A stretch of DNA of 60,645 bases, counting the filler, from Barthelona sp. PAP020 (lineage: Eukaryota): NCBI GenBank assembly GCA_040182905.1. It is 6 parts of 6 records of this genome, joined end to end, with 100 filler letters (N's around TTAATTAATTAA, not from the genome) between each part and the next. Parts side by side here need not be neighbours in the genome. Positions count along the whole stretch, not along the records: positions 30,718 to 40,742 come from JARQWU010000414.1; positions 40,843 to 50,730 come from JARQWU010000415.1; 4 more parts are not named here. One strand, given 5' to 3'. This document shows positions 32,037 to 43,005 of this stretch, piece by piece. The notes under the pieces are model-generated. The model was not told the origin of the DNA. It made no database searches and was given only the letters and a program-made list of their open reading frames with translations. The position numbers and the translations under genes are program-made. The stretch's first letter is position 1, and every line of letters starts with the position of its first letter.

Positions 32037-32728
32037 CCCAAAGAATTGACTCAACTGACCCTTTATCATTAACGAAGTCCCTTAAAGCGTAGCGTGGTGT
32101 TTTTCAATTGAACACGATTGGTTGCCTCACCTGCCAATGATACTATACTTCAAGTTCACCTCTGAGTTGCTGTTGTTGTTTTTTCAAGAGAAGTTTACCA
32201 TTTATAGAATTTTAGAAGTTTTGATCAAGCCTCAAAAACATTAAACAATTCTTTGGTTTGGTTCAACAAATTTAACTTTCAGAGAAAAGAAAAAGAGAAA
32301 TATATCATTTATTTGAAGAAAATTTAGTATTGACTGGTTGAATCAATTTTTACAGGATATGACAAATTTGGCATACTATTTCTCTCTCTCCCCCCAATTC
32401 TTCTGTATTTTAATGAAGGTAATTTCTAAAAAATTTATTGTTCAACCCATCAATGGAGTTTTGAAAGTATTTTACCAAATAAACACAATTCTTTCTTGTT
32501 CACCGTTAAGTACAGCTTTTTTGGACCGAAAATAGATGCTGTATTTCTTCTTTCACATGGCCCAATTAAATTTTTTCTCATCTTGTTGATTATTGAACCA
32601 TACAAAAGAGAACACTTTTTTGTTTCCTTCATTTCGTTTATAGTGTTGCTATTTATAAATAAATTAATGATATGTGCAAAATTCAAATTTCTGAAAAAAA
32701 CAGAAATTGAAGATTCTCTTTCAATTTT

Positions 32729-34549
32729 ATGATGCAATCAAAAATCAATGTTTTATCCAACCAGATTATTGACGAAACATCAACGTTGAAGTTCATTTTA
32801 GAAATTTCTTTCAATATTTACAAATTTGCCTATGAAAATCCTGAGAGTCTTTTTGTATCTGAAACACAAGATTCAATGTATGAAACCAATTTGAATTTAA
32901 ACATACCTCCCCAGATTTTGGGGTATTTAATTAATACACATGAAGATATTGAATTGGTAAAAGCGACATATGAACGAATTAATATAGGAGTTTCAGATTG
33001 GCGTTTAAGAGATGTAGAAGTTGAATTGTTTTCATATTTTATTAATCCTTGTTTTGATATTAATGCTACCATTTTCTTTCTAGAAATATGGGGACGATTG
33101 TACAGTTTTAACAAAAATTTTACTGGAATTGAAGTGGAACCTCAATGTTTGTTTCTTCGAAATTTTTTTCTAACTGATGAAACATGTTCTAAACTGACAA
33201 ATCTAGTTTTTAACAGGGAACAATCATTGAAGATACGCAAAGATTTTTGGAAAATTTCGGAACACTGTGGTAGCGATGATGGAAGTTCAGTTATGAGTTT
33301 AGTGTATTTTAAATTAGCTTTAGATGAATTCTTTTCGATAACTAATTTATCATTAAGCCCCATTTCTTCATTGGATAGCAAAGATGTAGTTTTTACTGAA
33401 GATTTTCGAGATACGTTTTTAGAGATTGAAAAGATTATGGAAGGAAAGAATTCTCTTGAAGTTGATACGGTTAATCAATCTAATCAGCCTTATTCATTGG
33501 CATCAGTAGAACTAGACCAATGTATTGACGTTTTGAATGAAGATGGAGAAATCAAAGAAGTGAAGACTTTCAAACATCTTTCCGAAGTCGAACAAGAGTT
33601 TCAAGAAGAACTGAGGAAAACTCAAAGTCAGATGAACTTTTTATATGGAGAAGTTAGAAGTTTAGGAGAACAATTTGATAAAATTCAAATTCGTTTGATG
33701 ATTGGAGAACAAAATAGTCGTTCAATAAAAAATGAAGAAATTAAAGAGATAGATGGAGATTATAGTTCTTTAAAGTCTTTTCTTGAATCAGCGATGTTTA
33801 AGAATGCAGTGAAGAATGAAGTTGAGCAACAAGTGCAGATTTTACTTGATGAAAAGTTAAATTCATTGAAAAATACAAATATAGACGAAGTGAAAACAAA
33901 CTTTTCCAGTCAATTAGAACTGTTAACAAAAAGTACTGACAAAGAATTTGAAAAAGTTTGGAAATTTGTCAAAGATAATATCTACACATTAGCCAATCGC
34001 TTGAATACATTTAAAACCACTGTAAACGATGATATAAACAAAATACAATCACAATTGAAAGATTTTTCTGATATTGTGCTAAACAACTTTGAAACCATTT
34101 GTTCAACACTGGAAAACCATGATAAAAGTGTCAACGATATTTTGGAGCAAAGAAAAAGGTTAGATCAAGAATTATCAGAGGTCGTTGATTTAAATGCACA
34201 ATTGAAGAAAATCAATTCATTAAAAGTTGAGTTTGATGATGCTTTCACAAATATTGGTAAACAATTGGCTGAAGAAAAAGAAAATATTAAAATTTCTTCA
34301 ATTTCACAATTTGATTTATTAATGAAACATCTAGAATCATTAAAGTATGATGTTGACACAATTAAGAATAGATTAAATGAAGAAATTCTCTCAAAAAATA
34401 AACAAGTTGAATCTCCTTGTTTTTCTTCTACTTCTTCAATAGTTACTGATGATGAACAGTATTTGTTCAAAGTTGATTCCTTAGTTTCATTTGAAAATCA
34501 TAAAGTTGAAACAAATTGTAATTTTAACAATTTTGATGCTGTTGAGTAA
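32729..34549 (+). CDS. Hypothetical protein with a C-terminal coiled coil
   Basis: 606-aa ORF with a heptad-rich second half. No family recognised. Confidence 0.7.
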   Translation: MMQSKINVLSNQIIDETSTLKFILEISFNIYKFAYENPESLFVSETQDSMYETNLNLNIPPQILGYLINTHEDIELVKATYERINIGVSDWRLRDVEVELFSYFINPCFDINATIFFLEIWGRLYSFNKNFTGIEVEPQCLFLRNFFLTDETCSKLTNLVFNREQSLKIRKDFWKISEHCGSDDGSSVMSLVYFKLALDEFFSITNLSLSPISSLDSKDVVFTEDFRDTFLEIEKIMEGKNSLEVDTVNQSNQPYSLASVELDQCIDVLNEDGEIKEVKTFKHLSEVEQEFQEELRKTQSQMNFLYGEVRSLGEQFDKIQIRLMIGEQNSRSIKNEEIKEIDGDYSSLKSFLESAMFKNAVKNEVEQQVQILLDEKLNSLKNTNIDEVKTNFSSQLELLTKSTDKEFEKVWKFVKDNIYTLANRLNTFKTTVNDDINKIQSQLKDFSDIVLNNFETICSTLENHDKSVNDILEQRKRLDQELSEVVDLNAQLKKINSLKVEFDDAFTNIGKQLAEEKENIKISSISQFDLLMKHLESLKYDVDTIKNRLNEEILSKNKQVESPCFSSTSSIVTDDEQYLFKVDSLVSFENHKVETNCNFNNFDAVE

Positions 34550-34852
34550 AATAAAACAAGTGAAATAGTGTTATTGATATTTTCATGATTGTAAACTTTA
34601 TGAAGAGGTAATGATCTTATATTTAATAAGTTTATAAAGTGAATTATACTTTTTAAGTGAAGATTTGGTTTGGACTGTTTATAATTTTTTGAGATTTTCA
34701 TGTTTTTGTAAATTTTTTGATAAAACTTCATTTCATCTTGTTTATTTTTATTATTATGAGATATTTTGAATTCTTTTGAAAAATATACAGCAAAAAATAA
34801 ATGAAAATAAATCAGTATTTTAATTTTTTTTAAATATCAAATCGATAACTTA

Positions 34853-36478
34853 ATGAGCCAATATGAATGTAATTACGAACAATTATTTGATGTATTTGTA
34901 TTAATAGGAAAAAATAATGAAATTATATATCAATATCCGAAATTTGTTCCATTGCCTGATTCTATTGGATTATTATCTTATACATTGAATGATTATTCAT
35001 CAAAATCATATGAAGGAGATATACCAATTAGATTTACTACAATATTATCTGTAAATTCTCAACATCGTAGTTTTGGTTTTTGTCAATCTTTAGTCTTACC
35101 CACCATAACAAATTCTACTGAACCAATAATAGGATGTTTTGTGTCTAGTCATTTTTATCCAAAAGTAATTTTCAATTTTTTTAACCAAATTTTAAATTTT
35201 CTTGAAAATGAAAATATGTTTGATTATTTTATTTCTTTAAATCTTTTGACCAATAAAGACATATATTTGAACAATGAAAAGATAATTCTCCCTGAGAAGA
35301 ATGATTTCCCCTTGAATCAATTGAATTTGAAGCACTTATTTACAAAAATTTCCCCGTATCAATATTTATTTTTATTAACCAATGTTTTGATCAATGTATC
35401 TGTCTTTGTAGTTTCGGAAGATTTGTCTTTGGCCAGTGATATCATTCTTAGTTTGTACCATGGTATATATCCTTTGCACTTTCCAGATTTTGTTCTCACT
35501 TATATTCCTAAAGAACTGATCTCATTTGTGGCCACACCTGTACCATTCATTGTTGGTCTACCGCCTACATTAAAAGACAATTTGAAAAAATATCCATTGG
35601 TATCTTCTGTGATGCTTGAAATACGCTTGGAAGAGGGTTCTAATGAGATGAAAGCTTATGGAAGGGCGAACGAAAAGTTAACTTCAACCAATTATCATTT
35701 TCAACATTGTTTGGAAAGATTAAACAACCCTTCTATTTCAAATAAAGAAATTATAGATGCTATTTACACATATATTAACGACCTACTGGGAGATTATGAT
35801 GATCACATTTATAAATTGAGAGAAAAAACTGATAAAATGGGTTGGAACACATGTGATACTGAGTTTTTCGATGTGCGGGGATATTTAGATGGGAGGTCAC
35901 TGAATATGGTTCCTATTGTGGAAAAAATTGCAAATACAGACACCTTTCGAAATTTCATCAAAGAATTGTTGGTAAAAAAGAAAAATAAAGAACCATATAT
36001 TGACCATAGTCAGTTTAAATCTAAATTAGTTGACAAATGGAAGAAAACTGCATCCAATATTTTTCAAAATGTATTTAAGAGTTCTGCAACCTCTTTTAAC
36101 AATTTGCAACAAACTATAGTAAAAAATGTAACAGATGAAGACGAAAAAATTGTTTCAGAGCCATTGCCACTTGTTGATTTTGTCAAGAAAAATTATAGTC
36201 CAAAAACTGTGATCGATTCCTCGTTTCCTATCGGAATAACCTTTCAAAACGCTCATATATTCACAAAACCACCTGATTTGTTGGATTTTAAAATAAACTG
36301 TGATGTGGGTGACAGAAAACAAAAGAATATTTCCCGGCAATTAAATAGTTTCGGCACATCTTCCTCTGAAGAAATTGATTTGCTTTCATTAACTCCTGAC
36401 CTTTTATCAAGTGATGCTATATCTTCAGATAATTCAAAATCAAATGATGATTTGTTTGATGAATTATTTTCTTCATAA
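34853..36478 (+). CDS. DENN-domain protein (putative Rab GEF)
   Basis: LFDVFVLIG...YQYP (uDENN), RSFGFC, IYPLHF...YIP...SFVATPVPFIVGL (cDENN core), TDTFRNFI (dDENN). Disordered tail with DLL and DLF motifs. Confidence 0.88.
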   Translation: MSQYECNYEQLFDVFVLIGKNNEIIYQYPKFVPLPDSIGLLSYTLNDYSSKSYEGDIPIRFTTILSVNSQHRSFGFCQSLVLPTITNSTEPIIGCFVSSHFYPKVIFNFFNQILNFLENENMFDYFISLNLLTNKDIYLNNEKIILPEKNDFPLNQLNLKHLFTKISPYQYLFLLTNVLINVSVFVVSEDLSLASDIILSLYHGIYPLHFPDFVLTYIPKELISFVATPVPFIVGLPPTLKDNLKKYPLVSSVMLEIRLEEGSNEMKAYGRANEKLTSTNYHFQHCLERLNNPSISNKEIIDAIYTYINDLLGDYDDHIYKLREKTDKMGWNTCDTEFFDVRGYLDGRSLNMVPIVEKIANTDTFRNFIKELLVKKKNKEPYIDHSQFKSKLVDKWKKTASNIFQNVFKSSATSFNNLQQTIVKNVTDEDEKIVSEPLPLVDFVKKNYSPKTVIDSSFPIGITFQNAHIFTKPPDLLDFKINCDVGDRKQKNISRQLNSFGTSSSEEIDLLSLTPDLLSSDAISSDNSKSNDDLFDELFSS

Positions 36479-36608
36479 TTGAATACATTGTAAATATGTG
36501 CTTGTTTTATTTAGTTTTATTTGTTTCTTTCCTTTCAAATCTTTACTAGAAATTTTATAACTTCCACGCCCTTTTTTGTTTTTGTTTAATTCGATTTTTT
36601 TTAAATAT

Positions 36609-37178
36609 ATGTTTGGAATCATATATCAAATCGTAGGATTAACATATCCTGGGTATCAATTATTTAAGATTTTAAAGAACCCGAATCCAAAAAGAGACGA
36701 CATTCTTTATTGGGCTTTTTATTTTTGTATTTTTAGTTTATTCTCTACTGTTACATACGTTACTGATATTATTGTTGGCTGGGCTCCCTTTTATGAACTA
36801 ATTAAAATTGGTTTTCTTATTGCAATGTTATTCACACCAAAAAAATACCCACAAATTTTATTTGAAAAAGTTAAACCTCTTCTTATCAATCAAGAACCGA
36901 TTATTGATGGGTTTATGGATAATATTTATGCTACTTGCAAATTTCAAATTGATAAGGTCATTGATATTGTCAAACTTAAGGTACAAGCTCCCGTTAAAGA
37001 ATGGGCAATAAATCACATTTCTCCAACAAAACCCAAAAATAGCGAAGATAAACATCCTGAAGATGAACATCCTGAAGTGGAGCCCATTGAAGACAAGCCA
37101 ATTTTTTCTTTTGAAGATGCAACTTATGATGAATTGATTGATGATTCAACCAAACCATATTATCCTGAACCTTTTTAA
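36609..37178 (+). CDS. TB2/DP1/HVA22 (REEP/Yop1) family ER-shaping protein
   Basis: VGLTYPGYQLFKIL...YWAFYFCIFSLF...WAPFYELIKIGFL signature. Start set at ATG 36609. Confidence 0.88.
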   Translation: MFGIIYQIVGLTYPGYQLFKILKNPNPKRDDILYWAFYFCIFSLFSTVTYVTDIIVGWAPFYELIKIGFLIAMLFTPKKYPQILFEKVKPLLINQEPIIDGFMDNIYATCKFQIDKVIDIVKLKVQAPVKEWAINHISPTKPKNSEDKHPEDEHPEVEPIEDKPIFSFEDATYDELIDDSTKPYYPEPF

Positions 37179-37269
37179 TTCATTAATTAATAAAGAAATG
37201 TTAGTTTTTTTTTACAGTTTTTATTACAGTAAATTTGTAAATTGTTTTTCTGTCTTTATAGTTTTTTCG

Positions 37270-37584
37270 ATGTATAGCACAAAAAAAATATTAAACAATC
37301 AGAAGGGAAAAAAACAAAAGAAAAAACAGAATAATAATATCATATTAGCTAGTGGTGCAATAACTGGATTTTTACTCTTTATTGGTTATTTGGGCAAATT
37401 TATTTCAAATGGTTATATTATTTCTCTGGGAAAATTGCTATTGGTGATGGTAATATGTGGATTCTGTTTTTTTTCAACTAAACTACTTTTGGAAGAATTG
37501 GAAATTGAAAAAAGAATCAAATCGTCGTTTTCTTTGAAGAATAAACATAACGTCATCCAAAAAGTTGACATATTTGAAGTGTGA
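37270..37584 (+). CDS. Small hypothetical protein with two transmembrane segments
   Basis: MYSTKKILNNQKGKKQ... basic N-terminus followed by two hydrophobic helices. It fills the gap between flanking genes. Confidence 0.5.
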   Translation: MYSTKKILNNQKGKKQKKKQNNNIILASGAITGFLLFIGYLGKFISNGYIISLGKLLLVMVICGFCFFSTKLLLEELEIEKRIKSSFSLKNKHNVIQKVDIFEV

Positions 37585-37646
37585 ATACAAAAAAACAAAA
37601 CACAATTTTTATAAACTCCTATACATGTGTCAAATTAATTAACATC

Positions 37647-38537
37647 TTATATTTGGTCATAAACACTTTCATCAATCAATTCTTCATTCTTTTTACCTTC
37701 AATGAAAGACTTTAAGAATGGAGGTATGCCAAATCTCTTTACATAGTAGATGCATCCAGCAACAATACCCAAAATAATTAATAAAATGCCAAAAAAAACC
37801 CAAGGTGAGAATGAAGATGGTGGATAAGGCATGTAAGAAACAGGATTATAGAAAGAAATTGCCATATTATGAATATCTGTGTTTACGGTGGAGGTTCTTC
37901 TGACAACTACTTGAATAAATCCGTTTTCTTTTGGCAATTGTTCAAATATCAAGCTTTGGTCTTGGTTTCCATCTACAAATCGCTTAAAATCTGTCATTTC
38001 ACACTTCGAAGACAATTTTTTTAACCCACAAGATGAATATGGCAAAGTAGCACCTGAAGCACAAAATATAGCAGCGTATTCAACATCTGAGCCCTCATCA
38101 GCAAAAAAATGAACACTACCTGTGGTGGAATCGTATTCAACATCCTTTTTTGTAATTTTTGGATTCTGAAGATTGAAAGGTACAACAGCAAAAGCCACAT
38201 CCATCACACCATCAGAAGTCAATTCCAAAGAAAAAGTAGGAGAAGTGGAAGAATCACTAAAAGATGTAATTAATCTGCGGTAAGATGGCAATACCCCAGA
38301 ATAAACATAATTTTGATCAGCTGACGCAAAATGAACTGAAACATCATTCCCAACACTACAACTCTCAATTAATAAAGTACCTTGTAAAGAATTGTAGTCA
38401 TTTAAACTGGGGAAGCTATATTTTGTAGATGGTTTTGGAAATGGCGATAATTCATAAATTACATTATAGTTTCCACTGTTGGAAGCAAAAATGTATGCAA
38501 ACAATATCGAAAATATAAAAATTTGAGATATCTTCAT
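37647..38537 (-). CDS. Type I membrane protein (signal peptide, lumenal domain, one TM, C-terminal YxxPhi)
   Basis: MKISQIFIFSILFAYIFA signal peptide, TM WVFFGILLIILGIVAGCIYYV, tail ending EELIDESVYDQI. Confidence 0.8.
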   Translation of the reverse strand: MKISQIFIFSILFAYIFASNSGNYNVIYELSPFPKPSTKYSFPSLNDYNSLQGTLLIESCSVGNDVSVHFASADQNYVYSGVLPSYRRLITSFSDSSTSPTFSLELTSDGVMDVAFAVVPFNLQNPKITKKDVEYDSTTGSVHFFADEGSDVEYAAIFCASGATLPYSSCGLKKLSSKCEMTDFKRFVDGNQDQSLIFEQLPKENGFIQVVVRRTSTVNTDIHNMAISFYNPVSYMPYPPSSFSPWVFFGILLIILGIVAGCIYYVKRFGIPPFLKSFIEGKKNEELIDESVYDQI

Positions 38538-38739
38538 GGGTAAAAGAAAAATATAAACTGATTGAATAAAAGTGATTTATTGACAATTTTTCCTTAATTA
38601 ATTAACAATAATTAAAAAAAGAAATATTTATAATCAAAATTTAGACTAAAATTGCAAAAAACAACATTTTTCACAAAAACTTTAAAATTTTAGGCTGGGG
38701 TAAAAAAAAATCAAAAGGAGAAGTACAACAAAAAAAAAA

Positions 38740-39315
38740 TCATAGTGGAAATGATTGTTCAGACATTGATTCAACTGAAAAAGATTCAAAAGCACTGGTT
38801 CTTGAAACTTCTGAAACATCAGAATCATTCTCCCATATATCAGAATAATGGGATATTGAAGGTATGGAAGTATTATCAGAAGGTAAAGAACTGGCTCTGG
38901 AACTGGTAGGTTTGATAATATTGTAATGATTACTTGTATGAATCTCAACATTATCATTGCATATGGATGAAAAATTGATAGGTTTCTTATGAGAAGAAGA
39001 AAAAGCTTTGGACGAAGAGTTTCTATTAGCAACTAACGATAAAGAAGGTTTCGTTGGTCTTGAATTTAAAGAATGAAGATCAGGTGATACATTTGTTGGA
39101 GATCTAGACAAATCATGCATTTCATTTTTGTTTCTTCTAAATGCAGTAGATTTTGTCGAAAAAGTATCACTTCGTCTAAAGTTTTCATTTCTATTTGAAA
39201 AAGACAAATTATTTTGAAAATTACCCTGAGAAATACTACCTGATAGTTCTGAATCAATATGTTGAATTTCAAAACGTGAATTATTCTTTTGAATCAAGTT
39301 TGGACATTTTCTCAT
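38740..39315 (-). CDS. Ser-rich low-complexity hypothetical protein
   Basis: 191-aa ORF with ATG start and S/N-rich disordered composition. Confidence 0.55.
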   Translation of the reverse strand: MRKCPNLIQKNNSRFEIQHIDSELSGSISQGNFQNNLSFSNRNENFRRSDTFSTKSTAFRRNKNEMHDLSRSPTNVSPDLHSLNSRPTKPSLSLVANRNSSSKAFSSSHKKPINFSSICNDNVEIHTSNHYNIIKPTSSRASSLPSDNTSIPSISHYSDIWENDSDVSEVSRTSAFESFSVESMSEQSFPL

Positions 39316-39737
39316 TCTTTTCTAAGAAAAATGGACAATTTTTCCAGACTTCTATATAAAAATGTTTAAAACTTTTTTTTTTTCAATAGTTCCATATCTT
39401 TTTCTTTTTATCCAAATTGTAAAAGTTGTTTACTATTGTATTTTGCATTATTTTATGCACAAAAAACAAAAAAATTCATCCTCTTTTCAAATATTTTTGT
39501 AAGTCTCAGAAAAATTATTGTATTTATCAAAAAATTAATAAAAATAGCAAAACCATTAAACATCTGGTGAAAGAAAAATATCAAGTATTGAACATTCAAA
39601 AATTCTTTTTAAAAATTGTCCAATGTAATTATTGAATAAACCAAGACAAATATTTTAAAGAACCAATAATTTAGTCTTATTGAATTCAAACAAAAATTTA
39701 CACTTGTGCAAAAAAAAATTTCCCTAAATAATTTATT

Positions 39738-40742
39738 TTAACGGTCTAAAACCATCTCATCAACGTACTTGTGGAAAGTTTCAATCAATTCATCAATAGA
39801 AACCATTTCTTCTTTGATGGTACCTTTAGCGGCTCTTCTTGCTGGTAGAATACCGTTTTCATCAACTTCTTGTTGTCCAACAGTCAAGATATAATTGTAA
39901 GCATTGCTGGAAGCGTTTCTAACCTTCTTGGGATATCTGTTATTCGAGACATCAACATCAACATAGAATCCAGCATCACGTAATTTCTCACCACATTTCT
40001 CTGCATATTCATTGTAGAGAGGATCAACAGGAACAACAATGGCTTGTCTTGGAGATAACCAAAAAGGCCATCTGCCTGCAAGATGTTCTGTAATCATACC
40101 AATAAACCTTTCCATTGAACCAAAGACAGCTCTGTGAATCATAACGGGAGTAACCATATTACCATCGGCATCCTTGTACTTGAGATTGAACTTTTCAGGC
40201 ATGTTGAAATCCAATTGAATGGTTGCACACTGATGTTTTCTATTCAATGCATCTCTCAAATACACATCAATTTTGGGGCCATAAAAAGCACCATCACCAG
40301 GATTAATGGTATAATTTATGTTACTGTTATCTAATGCGTTCTGTAAGGCTTCTTCAGCTTGTGCCCAGAGTTCATCACTTCCAACACAATTTTCAGGCTT
40401 TGTAGAAAGAGCAAAAGTGTACTCCATGTCAAAAGCACTGTAAACAACTCTCATCATGTCTAAAACAGCCTCAATTTCTTCAAAAATTTGATCACGACGA
40501 CAATAGATATGACCATCATCTTGAACAAATCTACGAACACGAAATAGTCCATTAAGAGCACCACTGGCTTCATTACGATGCAATACACCAAATTCACCAT
40601 ATCTTAAAGGTAATTCTCGATAAGAACGAATGCGACTTGCAAAACAAAGACAATGCTTTGGGCAATTCATTGGTGCCAAAGCCCAAATATCTCTTTCATC
40701 ATCTTCAGGATTCATGTCTTCAGTAACAACTTGGAACATATC
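39738..40742 (-). CDS. TARS: Threonyl-tRNA synthetase (C-terminal part; 5' cut by contig end)
   Basis: PMNCPKHC, RSYRELPLR, HRNEASGALNGLFRVRRFVQDDGHI, GDGAFYGPKID, HQCATIQLDF, MIHRAVFGSMERF, WPFWLSPRQ. Confidence 0.98.
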   Translation of the reverse strand, partial: DMFQVVTEDMNPEDDERDIWALAPMNCPKHCLCFASRIRSYRELPLRYGEFGVLHRNEASGALNGLFRVRRFVQDDGHIYCRRDQIFEEIEAVLDMMRVVYSAFDMEYTFALSTKPENCVGSDELWAQAEEALQNALDNSNINYTINPGDGAFYGPKIDVYLRDALNRKHQCATIQLDFNMPEKFNLKYKDADGNMVTPVMIHRAVFGSMERFIGMITEHLAGRWPFWLSPRQAIVVPVDPLYNEYAEKCGEKLRDAGFYVDVDVSNNRYPKKVRNASSNAYNYILTVGQQEVDENGILPARRAAKGTIKEEMVSIDELIETFHKYVDEMVLDR

Positions 40743-40842
40743 NNNNNNNNNNNNNNNNNNNNNNNNNNNNNNNNNNNNNNNNNNNNTTAATTAATTAANN
40801 NNNNNNNNNNNNNNNNNNNNNNNNNNNNNNNNNNNNNNNNNN
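40743..40842. other. Artificial contig spacer
   Basis: 44 N + TTAATTAATTAA + 44 N. Confidence 0.99.
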
Positions 40843-41050
40843 CAGAAAACTTTTGTTGAAATAAAAATTGAGGTTTTGACAACGAATCTTCGGTTTTTAT
40901 TGAATAATTTGGCGAAAAATTGTATACTTCTATCAAATCATGATAAGATAACACCAACTGTCTTTGTTTCTCAATAATAGTCGGAAAAAATGACCCAGAA
41001 GTACTTGCATTAACAACACTCGAAGGTTGAACTTCAGTCCATAAGGCCAT
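40843..41050 (-). CDS. 5' fragment of a CPSF160/DDB1/SF3B3-family beta-propeller protein (cut by contig end)
   Basis: MALWTEVQPSSVVNASTSGSFF...QLVLSYHDLIEVY resembles the family N-terminus (PT.V..s..g.F....nLv......leiY). The paralogue cannot be resolved. Confidence 0.6.
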
Positions 41051-41191
41051 AATAATAAAAAAAGTTTTTCAAAGATTTATGAAGCTAAATTTACTCAACT
41101 AATATGTTTTGTCAAGCACTTTTTACAAATTTTAAAGAATGACTGTCAATAGTGTTGTTTGGAAAAATGAATATTTAATATTTTTTTGTTT

Positions 41192-42763
41192 ATGGTAATT
41201 GAACTGAAACCGAACAATCCCATCTTATTGAGTCGTTATCGAGGTGTTAATGTAAGTGCATCATCGAAAGGATTGCCGGATAAAATTCGAGTTGGTACCA
41301 GTTCCAAAATATCAGAAACCATTTTGAGATTTGAACCTTTTGAAGATATAGATAATGAGCTTGTGCTAAAAAAAATTAAATCAATGAATTTTAATTTGAT
41401 TAGATTGATGGTATTTTGGGAAAGCATTCAACCTGATGATCCTAGCAAATTTAACACTGAATATTTGCATGATATTAAGGAATTCATTGAATTAGCTGAT
41501 AAATTTGATATTAAGGTCATTTTAGATTTTCATCAAGATTTATGGTCAAGATATTTAGGAGGTTCTGGAGCACCACTTTGGACTCATCACGAAGCTATTT
41601 TAGATGAATTACCTGTTGGATTTTTGGGAACTTCATGGGCAAATAATTACATATTTGATAATAAGCAACACAAGCAATGGAATTTCTTTTTTAATAATGA
41701 TGATTTGTTAGAAAAATTCATTTGTATGATAAAATGTACCCTTCATGCTGTCTATTCACCGAATTTAATTGGAATCGATATTCTGAATGAACCTATGTGT
41801 TCCCAAGTTGCATATTTATCTCATTTGATAAATCCATTTGCTAAAAAGAAAGCTAGAAAACAATTATCACGTTTTTATGAAAAGGTGATATTGGATTTGG
41901 ATTCTGATGATTTAAATGATTTACTTTTTTTTGTTGAACCATATGCTTGGGATGCACATGTTATTATTGGTCCTCCTTTGGGGCTTGATCCCATAAATTT
42001 ACCAGATCATCTCTTATCACGTGTTGTTTATGCCCCTCATATTTATCAACCAAAAGGATTGGCGTGTAGTTTTGAAACCTTATTAAAAATGCATTTAGAG
42101 ACAGCAATGAATTTGACTCCATATCCTTCAATCTTTATTGGTGAATTTGGGGATTTGACAATGGGTTCGGAAATAGGTGAAGAGGTAGTGGCTCAACAAT
42201 TTTCTATTTTAAATAAGTATGGCATTCCTTATGCATTTTATAATTGTTCACCAATTGAACCAGGTTGGAATGATGAAAAAATGACTTTAATTGACTCTTT
42301 TTTAGAAACCACTTCTATGTATGAGAAAATTAAAGATTATGTTGTTCCTGATTTGAGATCGGTATCAAAAAATGGTAGAACATTATGTTTACATGGTTAT
42401 CCAGAAGAGTTATATCCTTTATTTACTTTTAATAAGAATGCAATTGGAATGCAACTTTTTAATTTTTTGAAAGAAAGATTATATCAAGAGCAACGTGATT
42501 TTGGTTATGCTGTTGTTGAAAATGAAGAACAAAATATTGAATTATTTGTTGTTCCTTACGAAGAAAGTGAAATTCTTGATATTACACCTGATATTGAAGA
42601 TAAAATAATTGAATTGCAAAAACCACCTTCAAAAGTTCCTTATTTGGCAAAACATGATTTTGGAAAAACAAAGCGAAGAATTCTTATCTTTGTGTCCTTA
42701 TGTTTCATGCTATTGTTTACAATTGTTTTTTGGAAGTTAACCGATAAGTTTGGGAAAAATTGA
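41192..42763 (+). CDS. GH5 glycoside hydrolase, endoglycoceramidase-related (EGCrP-like), with a C-terminal TM anchor
   Basis: YRGVNVSASSK, IRLMVFWESIQP, DFHQDLWSRYLGGSGAPLW, catalytic NEP and IGEFG, YAPHIY. C-terminal ILIFVSLCFMLLFTIVFW. Confidence 0.88.
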   Translation: MVIELKPNNPILLSRYRGVNVSASSKGLPDKIRVGTSSKISETILRFEPFEDIDNELVLKKIKSMNFNLIRLMVFWESIQPDDPSKFNTEYLHDIKEFIELADKFDIKVILDFHQDLWSRYLGGSGAPLWTHHEAILDELPVGFLGTSWANNYIFDNKQHKQWNFFFNNDDLLEKFICMIKCTLHAVYSPNLIGIDILNEPMCSQVAYLSHLINPFAKKKARKQLSRFYEKVILDLDSDDLNDLLFFVEPYAWDAHVIIGPPLGLDPINLPDHLLSRVVYAPHIYQPKGLACSFETLLKMHLETAMNLTPYPSIFIGEFGDLTMGSEIGEEVVAQQFSILNKYGIPYAFYNCSPIEPGWNDEKMTLIDSFLETTSMYEKIKDYVVPDLRSVSKNGRTLCLHGYPEELYPLFTFNKNAIGMQLFNFLKERLYQEQRDFGYAVVENEEQNIELFVVPYEESEILDITPDIEDKIIELQKPPSKVPYLAKHDFGKTKRRILIFVSLCFMLLFTIVFWKLTDKFGKN

Positions 42764-43005
42764 TGTTATTTTCACTTTTATTTTTTTTGTAAATTGTTTA
42801 ATTTTTTTTTTGTTATTAGAATTGCTTTTTGCTATTCAAGCATTGTATTAAAAAAAAAAAGAAGATAACGTCAGTTATGAAGATTGATCTCACTCAGTAA
42901 AACTTTCCTTCAATTTGTTGAAATTTTAAAGATGATTTAAAAAGAAAAACCGGTAACAAATAAGTATTTATGACTAAAAACATTGAAATAAAAAATAGAG
43001 CAATT

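Noticed and set aside
32338..32737. Short overlapping ORFs upstream of the 606-aa gene
   Set aside because: No recognisable motifs, non-ATG or conflicting frames, and a possible spliced model gives nothing identifiable.
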